Positions 36,465 to 44,634 of a stretch of 54,244 nucleotides of DNA are shown here, one piece after another. This DNA is from an uncultured Phycisphaeraceae bacterium (lineage in GTDB: Bacteria > Planctomycetota > Phycisphaerae > Phycisphaerales > UBA1924): positions 1 through 54,244 of the forward strand of contig CAYGNN010000001.1 of NCBI GenBank assembly GCA_964351165.1, given 5' to 3'. Below the pieces are notes generated by a model that was not told where the DNA came from, did no database searches, and worked only from the letters and a program-made list of their open reading frames with translations. The position numbers and the translations under genes were made by a program. How positions within the stretch are numbered: the stretch's first letter is position 1; each line of letters begins with the position of its first letter.

Positions 36465-38104
36465 TGGGATGGACCGCCCTGATCGGGGCGGGCCTGAACG
36501 CCGGGCTCAGGCTCCGCATCGACGCGCTCAACGACACGCAGCGCTGGTCCCTCGGCGCCGGCCGGATCCAGCGCGAGCAGCTCCGCTGGCTCCTCACCCG
36601 CGCCGCGGATACCGAGTTCGGACGATCCAACGACTTCGCGCGCCTCGCGCAGCTCGATGACGACGAGATCGTCCCCGCCTACCAGCAGGCCTTCGCGATC
36701 TCCGATATCGAGGCGTACCGCGCGATGCTCGCCAGGATGCGCGAGCAGGCGGAGCCCGACCTGCTCTGGCCAGGTGTCGTGCGCAACTGGGCGCAGACCA
36801 GCGGCACCACCGCCGGCGACAAGTTCATCCCCGTCTCCGACGAGATGCTCGCGCACAACCGCAAGGCGGGCTTCGACATCTTCGCGCACTACGCGCGCCG
36901 GGGCTGCTCCCTCGCGGACCTCTTTGGCGGCAAGCTCCTCTTCCTGGGGGGCTCCACCGCCTACGACACCAACGAGCACGGCATCAACACCGGCGACCTC
37001 TCCGGCATCGTCACCCCGATGATCCGCTGGCCCATCTCCGCGGCGCACCTGCCAGGGCGCGAGATCGCGCTGATGTCCGACTGGCCTGCGAAGATCGACG
37101 CGATGGCCGAGGTCTGCCTCCGCGCCGACGTCCGCTTCATCAGCGGCATGCCCTCGTGGTCCTCCGTCCTCTTCGAGCGCATGCTCGATCTCGACCGCGA
37201 GCAGGGGGGCAGCGCAGCGACCATCCGCGACCTGTGGCCCAACCTGCGGCTCTTCGTGCATGGGGGTGTGAAGTACGCGCCGTTCGAGCCGCGCATGCGC
37301 GGGTTCTGGTCCGGTGATCCATCAGGCGATGACATCCCCCAGCGCCTGGAGGTTTATCCAGCGAGCGAGGGCTTCATCGCGATGCAGGACACCCCAGGCG
37401 ATCCAGGCCTGCGCCTGCTCACCGATCACCGCGTCTTCTACGAGTTCGTCCCGCTCGAAGAGATCGACAGCCCCGACGCGCGCGCCTTCACCTGCGAGCA
37501 GGTCGAGCGCGGTCAGCGGTACGTCGTCGTGATGAGCACCTGCGCAGGCCTCTGGCGATACATCATCGGCGATGTCGTCGAGTTCGACACGATCCCCCCC
37601 GATGGACCTCCCAGGCTGCGCATCGTCGGCCGCCACCGCCACTTCATCAACGCGTTCGGCGAGAACATCATCGTCGAGCACATCGAGAACGCCGTCGTCG
37701 AGGCGGCGCGCGCCGTGGACGCCAACATTGGCGAGTTCACCGCAGCGCCGGTGTACCCAGGGCCGAGCAACCCTGCTGGTTTGGAACTCGCGGTGGAATG
37801 GACGCCGGCGGACGCCGAACAACTGCGTGTGTTCCAGGGCGCCTTCGACCGATCGATCAAAGCGCAGAACGTCGATTACACGACCAAGCGCACCGATGAC
37901 CTGGGGATGGCGCCCCCGACGATCACGCCGCTGCCCATCGGCGCCTTGCACGACTGGATGCGATCCAAGGGCAAGCTGGGGGGCCAGCACAAGGCGCCCC
38001 GCTGCGCGAACCACCGCGACATCATCGACGGCGTGCGCGCGATCGCAGGCGTCTCCGAACACGCTTCGATGCCGCAGCACGCAGCAGCAGGGAGCGCCCG
38101 GTGA
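36461..38104 (+). CDS. GH3-family (auxin-responsive-promoter family) adenylating acyl-acid amido synthetase homologue
   Basis: GH3 motifs are QTSGTTAGDKFIPVS (P-loop-like), VYPASEGF and CAGLWRYIIGDVVEF. Its start overlaps the upstream hydrolase stop (GTGATG). Confidence 0.85.
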   Translation: MMGWTALIGAGLNAGLRLRIDALNDTQRWSLGAGRIQREQLRWLLTRAADTEFGRSNDFARLAQLDDDEIVPAYQQAFAISDIEAYRAMLARMREQAEPDLLWPGVVRNWAQTSGTTAGDKFIPVSDEMLAHNRKAGFDIFAHYARRGCSLADLFGGKLLFLGGSTAYDTNEHGINTGDLSGIVTPMIRWPISAAHLPGREIALMSDWPAKIDAMAEVCLRADVRFISGMPSWSSVLFERMLDLDREQGGSAATIRDLWPNLRLFVHGGVKYAPFEPRMRGFWSGDPSGDDIPQRLEVYPASEGFIAMQDTPGDPGLRLLTDHRVFYEFVPLEEIDSPDARAFTCEQVERGQRYVVVMSTCAGLWRYIIGDVVEFDTIPPDGPPRLRIVGRHRHFINAFGENIIVEHIENAVVEAARAVDANIGEFTAAPVYPGPSNPAGLELAVEWTPADAEQLRVFQGAFDRSIKAQNVDYTTKRTDDLGMAPPTITPLPIGALHDWMRSKGKLGGQHKAPRCANHRDIIDGVRAIAGVSEHASMPQHAAAGSAR

Positions 38105-40821
38105 TCCGCAGGCTCGCACGCTGGATGCAACGCAGGCGATGGTGGATCCTCGCCTACATCCTGCTGCTGGCCGCCTCCAACATCTTCGTGCTGATCCCCG
38201 GGACCGACGCGTGGACGCCCCCCGATTCCAGGGTCGCCGCCGGCGCCGAGCGCATCGACCTCGAAGTCCCGGCGATGCGCGATGGCGGCGCGATCCCTGA
38301 ACGCAGCACTACGGTTTCCGTGCTGCGCTGGACGCCATCGACGCAGCAAGCGAACCCCAACCCGGTCATCCTCCTGCACGGCTCCCCAGCCGGCGGCGCG
38401 ACGGACTACGCGAAGCTCGGCCCCAAGCTCGCCGAGCGCGGCTACGACACGATCGCGATCGACTTCCCAGGGTTCGGCCATTCTGACGCCTGGGTCCCCG
38501 GCTATTCCATCATCGCCAACGCGCGGTACACGCTCGCCGTTATGGACAGGCTGGGCATCGACCGCGCGCACGTCGTCGGCTGGTCACAAGGCGGCGGCAG
38601 CGCGATCTACGCGACGCAGCTCGCGCCGGAACGCACCGCGACGATGACGCTCATGGGCGCCATCGGCGTGCAGGAAGCGGAGGGCTCCGGCGATTACCAC
38701 TTCGAGCACGTCAAGTACGCGCTGGGCTACGCCGCGGTCGTCGCGCTGCCCGAATTGATCCCGCACTTCGGTTTGCTCGGCCCCCGCGGCGTCCGCCACG
38801 GGTTCATCCGCAACTTCTACGACACCGACCAGCGACCGCTCCGCGCGATCATGGAGTCGATGACGACGCCCACGCTCATCCTGCAGGGGCGCCACGACCC
38901 GCTCGTCCCGGCGTGGTGCGCCGAAGAATCCCACCGGCTCATCGGCCCAAGCCGCCTGGTCATGCTCGACGCCAGCCACTTCTTCCCATTCGGCGGCTTC
39001 ACCGGAACGCCAGAGCAGCGCGAGGCGAAGCTCAACCAGACTACGGAGCTCCTCGCGGGTTTCTTTGAACGGCACACAACGCCAGGCGTCCCGGCGCTCG
39101 TCGGGATCGCTGACTTCGCGCCGGTCGATCCAACGAAGGAGATCGGCTCGCTCGGGCCCTTCGAACTCGTTCGCGGCACACACTGGGCGGTGCTGATCCT
39201 CTTCATCATCCTCGCGACCTTCATCAGCGAGGACGCAACGGTCATCGCGGTCGGACTGCTCATCGCGTCCGGTCGCCTCGACTTCGGTGTCGGCCTGCTC
39301 GGCTGCTTCATCGGGATCACCGTCGGCGACGGCGCGCTGTACATGATCGGTCGGTTCGTCGGCCGCCCGGCGCTGCGCTGGCCCTTCGTGCGGAAGCTGC
39401 TCCCGGAGTCCTCGCTCGAACGATGGGGCCGCTGGTTCGACAAGCACACGATCGCCGCGGTCTTCATCGCCAGAGCAGCGCCAGGGACGAGGCTCCCGAC
39501 CTACCTCGCCGCCGGCATGCTCTCGCGCCGCACGCACCACTTCCTCTTCTGGGCCGGAGTTGCGGCGGTGCTCTGGACGCCCCTGCTGATGGGCATCGCG
39601 ATCGTCGCAGGCCCCAAGCTGCTCGGCGCCCTCCACGACAAGCTCGGCGGGCCGCTCTCGATCATCGTCGCGCTCGTCGTGATCCTCGTCATGGTGCGCA
39701 TCGTCATGTCGCTCTTCACGTGGACCGGGCGCCGCCGCCTGCTCGTCGGCGTGCTGAAGATCGGCCGTTCGGAGTTCTGGCCCTCGTGGGTCTTCTACAT
39801 CCCGCTGGGGTTCTACCTCGTCTTCCTCGCGATCCGGCGCGGCGGGCTGATGACGTTTACCTGCTTGAACCCCGGCGTCCCCCACGGCGGCGGCGTCGTC
39901 GGCGAGAGCAAGAAGGTCATCATCGAGGGCCTGCTCGAAGCCGGCGCGAAAGACTGGATCGTCCCGACCGAGTTCCTCGAAGAAGGCCCCTCGCCAGAAG
40001 ACCGCGCCGATCGTCTCGACGAGATCGTGCGCACCAACGAAGACTTCGGCGGCTACCCGGTCATCTGCAAGCCGGACCAGGCCCAGCGCGGCCACGGCGT
40101 GAAGCTCGCGCGCACCAAAGATGATGCGCTCGAATACTTCCAGCAGATGACCCGCGACGCCGTCGTGCAGGGGTATCACGCAGGTCCCAAAGAAGTCGGC
40201 GTCTTGTGGGCGAGGCACACCACCGGCGAGCACGCCAACGCAGGCCGTATCCTGTCGATCACGAAGAAAGAGTTCCCGGTCATCACCGGCGACGGCAAGC
40301 GGACCCTCGAACGCCTCATCTGGCGCCACCCGCGCTACCGGATGCAGGCGGACGTCTTCTGCAAGCGCTTCGACGGTCAGCTCGACCGCGTCCTCGAAGC
40401 AGGCGAGACGCTCCGCCTCGCGGAGGCAGGCAACCACGCGCAGGGGACCAAGTTCCTCGACGGCGCTGACCTCATCACCGACGAATTGACCGCACGGATC
40501 GACGCGATCGTCCGCGACTACCCAGGGGGGTTCGACTTCGGACGCTTCGATATCCGCTACGTCAGCGACGATGCCCTCCGCCGCGGCGAGCAGTTCGCGA
40601 TCATCGAACTCAACGGCACGATGAGCGAATCGTCGAACATGTACGATCCGCGCCGGTCGCTGCTGTGGACGTACGGCGTGCTCTTCACGCAGTGGCGGCT
40701 CATGTACCGCCTGGGCCATCGCCGCAGGAAGCAGGGCGTGAAGCCGATGTCGATCCCGGAGATCATCCGCATCGCGCGCGAGCACTACCACACCCGGCAG
40801 GGCTCGACGGTTTCCGATTAA
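38101..40821 (+). CDS. three-domain fusion protein: alpha/beta hydrolase, DedA/VTT membrane domain and ATP-grasp ligase
   Basis: The GTG overlaps the GH3 stop (GTGA). After an N-terminal TM segment comes a hydrolase domain (VILLHGSPAGG, GWSQGG). A VTT/DedA-like block follows (FISEDATVIAVGLLIASG...GITVGDGALYMIGRFVGRP) with further TM segments. The C-terminus is ATP-grasp-like (YPVICKPDQAQRGHGVKL...FAIIELNGTMSESSNMYDP). Confidence 0.75.
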   Translation: MIRRLARWMQRRRWWILAYILLLAASNIFVLIPGTDAWTPPDSRVAAGAERIDLEVPAMRDGGAIPERSTTVSVLRWTPSTQQANPNPVILLHGSPAGGATDYAKLGPKLAERGYDTIAIDFPGFGHSDAWVPGYSIIANARYTLAVMDRLGIDRAHVVGWSQGGGSAIYATQLAPERTATMTLMGAIGVQEAEGSGDYHFEHVKYALGYAAVVALPELIPHFGLLGPRGVRHGFIRNFYDTDQRPLRAIMESMTTPTLILQGRHDPLVPAWCAEESHRLIGPSRLVMLDASHFFPFGGFTGTPEQREAKLNQTTELLAGFFERHTTPGVPALVGIADFAPVDPTKEIGSLGPFELVRGTHWAVLILFIILATFISEDATVIAVGLLIASGRLDFGVGLLGCFIGITVGDGALYMIGRFVGRPALRWPFVRKLLPESSLERWGRWFDKHTIAAVFIARAAPGTRLPTYLAAGMLSRRTHHFLFWAGVAAVLWTPLLMGIAIVAGPKLLGALHDKLGGPLSIIVALVVILVMVRIVMSLFTWTGRRRLLVGVLKIGRSEFWPSWVFYIPLGFYLVFLAIRRGGLMTFTCLNPGVPHGGGVVGESKKVIIEGLLEAGAKDWIVPTEFLEEGPSPEDRADRLDEIVRTNEDFGGYPVICKPDQAQRGHGVKLARTKDDALEYFQQMTRDAVVQGYHAGPKEVGVLWARHTTGEHANAGRILSITKKEFPVITGDGKRTLERLIWRHPRYRMQADVFCKRFDGQLDRVLEAGETLRLAEAGNHAQGTKFLDGADLITDELTARIDAIVRDYPGGFDFGRFDIRYVSDDALRRGEQFAIIELNGTMSESSNMYDPRRSLLWTYGVLFTQWRLMYRLGHRRRKQGVKPMSIPEIIRIAREHYHTRQGSTVSD

Positions 40822-40837
40822 AACTTGCGGTGCGTTC

Positions 40838-42127
40838 TCAGCGTGACGCGGTCGAGTCGTCCGCGATCCGGATCGCAGCGCCATCGGCGAGCATCGTCTG
40901 CCCCTCGATCACCAGCCCAACGCCGGTGGGCGCTGTGTCCAGCAGGTAGTACTGGTCATCGCTGGCGATGGGGTTGATCGGCGTCAGGTCCGCGACGAGG
41001 TCGCCCCCTGCGTTCTCCTGCGCGAGGAAGACGTACAGCTGGCCGTCCAGATCCAGCGCGCACTCTTCAGGGACGAGCATCAGCGGCCTCCTGGCGAGTT
41101 CGATCGACGCGCGCCCGATCATGCCTGGCCTGAGCCAGCCGCGGCCGCCGGCATCGGCGTCCGCGTTGTTGTTGATCGTGATCTCCAGATCGAAGAGCCC
41201 GGTCGTCCGGTCGGCGCTGGGCGCGACGAGCGTCACCTCGCCATCAATCGATTCCGGGATGCCGCTGCTGACGAGCGACGCCTGCCCTTCGAGGGCGCGC
41301 ACCTCGATGCTCGCCCGCTGGCCTTCTTTGATCAGCGGCGCCTTGCGCTCGACGATCCCGGCACGCAGGCGCACCGAGCGGTCATCGATGATCGAGAGCA
41401 CGATCGCCCCTGGGGAGACCGTCTCGCCAGGCTCGACGTTCAGCTCCGCGATGACCCCATCAAAGGGGGCCCGGAGCGTCGCGTCCTCGCGCTGGGCCTC
41501 CGCGGTCGCCACCATCGCCTCCGCGGCGCGGATCTGCGCCACGTCCGCCGAGCGCTGCGCCTCGACGCTGGTGCGCCGCGCCGTCGCTGCCTCAGCGTTG
41601 CGCTGCGCCCGGTCCACGTCGCGCTCCGTGCCGGCGCCCCTGCTCAGCGCGGTGCGCGTGCGCTCCAGTTCGGTCAGCAGGTCGTTCTCGAGGACCCTGG
41701 CCTCGTCGATCTGCGAGTTCGTCCTGGCGAGCGTCGCCTCCGCCCTGCTCAGTTCCGCGAAGGCGGACTTCACCGCAGCGTCGTAGCGGTCGGGGTCGAT
41801 CACGGCCAGCGCATCGCCCCGGTTCACCCTGACTCCCTCGTCGATGGTCTTGGGGTTCTCGCTCGTCGCGTTGGGGCCAAGCAGGCTGATGCGCCCTGCG
41901 ATGATGAAGCTCATGTCCACCGCCGCTCGCGCCTCGATGATGCCGTACAGGCGTTCCTTGAGCGCGTAAGGCTGCGTCTGCAGCGGTGCGAGGCGGACCG
42001 GGATCGCCTCCGCGGTGGTCGCCGACGCCCTGGCCTGCTGCCTGGCGTCCAGCCTCGCGATCGCGATCACACCGACGATCACGAAGAAGACGACGAAGAC
42101 GAGGACGATGACGAGGCGTGTTTTCAT
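40838..42127 (-). CDS. HlyD/RND-type periplasmic adaptor (membrane fusion protein)
   Basis: ATG at 42127, then an N-terminal TM segment (MKTRLVIVLVFVVFFVIVGVIAI). It has lipoyl/barrel-sandwich blocks, a central coiled-coil hairpin (AELSRAEATLARTNSQIDEARVLEND...) and LRAPFDGVIAELNVEPGETVSPG. No transporter partner gene is adjacent. Confidence 0.8.
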   Translation of the reverse strand: MKTRLVIVLVFVVFFVIVGVIAIARLDARQQARASATTAEAIPVRLAPLQTQPYALKERLYGIIEARAAVDMSFIIAGRISLLGPNATSENPKTIDEGVRVNRGDALAVIDPDRYDAAVKSAFAELSRAEATLARTNSQIDEARVLENDLLTELERTRTALSRGAGTERDVDRAQRNAEAATARRTSVEAQRSADVAQIRAAEAMVATAEAQREDATLRAPFDGVIAELNVEPGETVSPGAIVLSIIDDRSVRLRAGIVERKAPLIKEGQRASIEVRALEGQASLVSSGIPESIDGEVTLVAPSADRTTGLFDLEITINNNADADAGGRGWLRPGMIGRASIELARRPLMLVPEECALDLDGQLYVFLAQENAGGDLVADLTPINPIASDDQYYLLDTAPTGVGLVIEGQTMLADGAAIRIADDSTASR

Positions 42128-42263
42128 GGTCGGTGCGCGGTTCTCGATGCCGCAGGTGGACACCGGCGGTGGGGGCCTGCCGAGGGAACAGATGCTGCGT
42201 AGCATAGGCGTCGGCGCGGGCCGGAACGCCAGCCAGCGAACCGACGCCAAGGAGAACGCAACG

Positions 42264-42683
42264 ATGCCGCGGCGGATGGAGTTATCCCGGATCCTGATCC
42301 ACGAGCTCAAGGACCATCAGCTCATCGAACTCCGCGAGGTGGAGGGCCACCGCACCTTCCCCATCATGATCGGCCTCCCGGAGGCGCAGGCCATCGAACG
42401 CCGCATGAAGGGGCAGCGCGTCAAGCGCCCGCAGACGCACGAGCTGCTCGCGAGCGTCATCGAATCGCTGGGGGGCGAGCTCGAATCCGTCACCATCTGC
42501 GACCTCTCCGAGCACACTTTCTTCGCGACGCTCGACATCCGCCTGCAGAGCAACGGCCAAGCCGGTGAGCTCCAGCACATCGACGCGCGGCCCAGCGACG
42601 CCATCGCGCTGGGCATCGCCAGCGACGCCCCCATCTATTGCGAGGAGCACGTCCTCGACGGCGCCCAGCCGGACGCGCACTGA
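42264..42683 (+). CDS. bifunctional nuclease family protein (BFN/DUF151)
   Basis: ATG at 42264 with AAGGAGA RBS. FPIMIGLPEAQAIERRMKGQRVKRPQTHELLASVIESLGG...IDARPSDAIALG is the BFN-domain signature. The upstream part of the 42015 ORF is antisense to the adaptor gene. Confidence 0.8.
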   Translation: MPRRMELSRILIHELKDHQLIELREVEGHRTFPIMIGLPEAQAIERRMKGQRVKRPQTHELLASVIESLGGELESVTICDLSEHTFFATLDIRLQSNGQAGELQHIDARPSDAIALGIASDAPIYCEEHVLDGAQPDAH

Positions 42684-42692
42684 TCCGAACCG

Positions 42693-43985
42693 ATGACGAC
42701 CACCATCCAACCAGGCGAGGGCGCCCTGCTCACGCGATCCATCCCGGGCGTCGGCGGCGTCATCAAGCAGCACGCCGAGGACTTCATCGTCGAGGAGATC
42801 CCCAGCTACGAGCCGGTCGGCGAGGGCGAGCATCTCTATCTCTTCATCGAGAAACGCGACCTGACCACCACGCAGGCGGTCGGCATCGTCGCGCGCCGCT
42901 TCGGCGTTCGGAGGAACGCGGTCGGTTACGCCGGCATGAAGGACAAGCGCGCCATCACGCGGCAGTGGCTCAGCGTGCACCTGCCAGGCCACGACGAGAC
43001 AACGCCGATGGAGGTTACCGACGAGCGGCTCACAACGCTCAAGGCCGACTGGCACGCGAACAAGCTCCGGGTGGGGCACCTCGCAGGCAACCGGTTCACG
43101 ATCACGATCCGCGAGTGCGATCCGGACCGCGTGGACGATGCGAAGCACACGCTGGAGTCGCTCGCGGCCACTGGTTTCGCCAACCGCGCGGGCGAGCAGC
43201 GCTTCGGCTCGACGGCGCGCAACCACCTGCTCGGCCGGTCGGAGTTGCTGGGCGATCACCAGCAGACCCTCGACCTGCTGCTGGGTCCCACCGGCGCTGA
43301 AGGCAGGGCCGATGAGCGCGCCAGGGAGTGCTACGCCGATGGCGACTACGCAGGCGCCTTCGCGCTCTTCCCCAGAACTGCAAGAGCCGAACGGCAGGCG
43401 CTGCGGGCGTTGATCGATGGCGGCGACGCGGAGCGCGCCGTCCGCACGATCGACATGACGCAGCGCCGTTTCTGGGTCACCGCGTTCCAGTCCGCTGTCT
43501 TCAACCGCGTGCTCGACCTCCGGATCGATTCCGGCGAACTCGCGACGCTCCGCGAGGGCGACCTGGCGATCAAGCAGCGCAACGGCGCGGTCTTCGCGGT
43601 GGACGCCGAGACGCTGAACGACCCCGACACCCACACGAGGCTAGCGGATCTCAAGATCTCTCCGACCGGTCCCATATGGGGCTCGTCGATGACCACCGCC
43701 AGCGGCGCTACAGGCGAGATCGAACGGAACGCTCTCGCCGAGACCGGCGTCACGCTCGAGCACATCGCCGGGTTCGAATCCCGCACCAGGCAGCCAATCG
43801 CAGGCGCCCGCCGCGCGCTGCGCGCGCCGATGACCAACCCCAACGCAGAAGCGGGCTCAGACGAGCACGGCCCATTCATCCGCTGCCGCTTCGACCTCCC
43901 CAAGGGCGCCTTCGCGACGGAGATCATGCGCGAGGTCATGACCAGCGCCGACCACACGAGCACCGACGATCATGCCGACGCCTGA
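42693..43985 (+). CDS. truD: tRNA pseudouridine(13) synthase
   Basis: GVGGVIKQHAEDFIVEEI, GEGEHLYLFIEKRDLTT, VGYAGMKDKRAITRQWLSV and NRAGEQRFG are TruD blocks, including the catalytic Asp in GMKDKRA. Confidence 0.9.
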   Translation: MTTTIQPGEGALLTRSIPGVGGVIKQHAEDFIVEEIPSYEPVGEGEHLYLFIEKRDLTTTQAVGIVARRFGVRRNAVGYAGMKDKRAITRQWLSVHLPGHDETTPMEVTDERLTTLKADWHANKLRVGHLAGNRFTITIRECDPDRVDDAKHTLESLAATGFANRAGEQRFGSTARNHLLGRSELLGDHQQTLDLLLGPTGAEGRADERARECYADGDYAGAFALFPRTARAERQALRALIDGGDAERAVRTIDMTQRRFWVTAFQSAVFNRVLDLRIDSGELATLREGDLAIKQRNGAVFAVDAETLNDPDTHTRLADLKISPTGPIWGSSMTTASGATGEIERNALAETGVTLEHIAGFESRTRQPIAGARRALRAPMTNPNAEAGSDEHGPFIRCRFDLPKGAFATEIMREVMTSADHTSTDDHADA

Positions 43986-44634
43986 ACAACCGCCACGCAT
44001 CATCTGTTTCGATCTTGGGGGCGTTGTCGTCCGCATCTGCGATGGCTGGGAGCAGGGCTGCGCCGCAGCAGGGCTGGACGTGCGCACAGGCGAGGTCACT
44101 CCCGACTCGATCGACGCGAAGTCCAGCATCGTCCACGACCTGACCACCGGCGCGATCGATGGCCCAGGCTTCTTCCGCGCCCTCGCCGAGGGCGTCCGCG
44201 GTCTTTATGACGAGGCGGAGTTCGAGCGCGTCCACCGCGCGTGGATCCTCGGTGAGTACGACGGCGTCGCGGAACTGATCGTCAGGCTCCGCGACCATCC
44301 CCGATGCACCGTCGCCTGCCTGAGCAACACGAATCACGTCCACTGGGAGCAGCTCCACGGCGAGGGCGGCGTGCACTACCCAGCCTTCCTGTCGCTCGAA
44401 CGCAAGCACGCCTCGCACCTGCTCCGCAGCGCCAAGCCGCACGAGAGCATCTACCGCGCCTTCGAGGAAGACCTGGGCGCCGCAGGTGATGAGATCCTCT
44501 TCTTCGACGACCGGCAGGAGAACATCGACACTGCCAACGCCATCGGCTGGCGCGCGCAATTGATCGATCCCACAACAGAGACAGCTCCGCAGATCGAAGC
44601 GGCGCTGACCGCGCACGGCATCCTGTTCAGTTGA
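43972..44634 (+). CDS. HAD-superfamily hydrolase (subfamily IA-like)
   Basis: Motif I FDLGGVV, motif II LSNTN and motif IV FFDDRQENI. It overlaps the truD end by 14 nt. Confidence 0.8.
   Translation: MPTPEQPPRIICFDLGGVVVRICDGWEQGCAAAGLDVRTGEVTPDSIDAKSSIVHDLTTGAIDGPGFFRALAEGVRGLYDEAEFERVHRAWILGEYDGVAELIVRLRDHPRCTVACLSNTNHVHWEQLHGEGGVHYPAFLSLERKHASHLLRSAKPHESIYRAFEEDLGAAGDEILFFDDRQENIDTANAIGWRAQLIDPTTETAPQIEAALTAHGILFS

Noticed and set aside
40838-42127. HlyD-type adaptor as part of an efflux or secretion system.
   Set aside because: No RND, ABC or MFS pump gene and no outer-membrane factor gene is adjacent on either side, so no system can be called from this window. It is reported only as an orphan adaptor.
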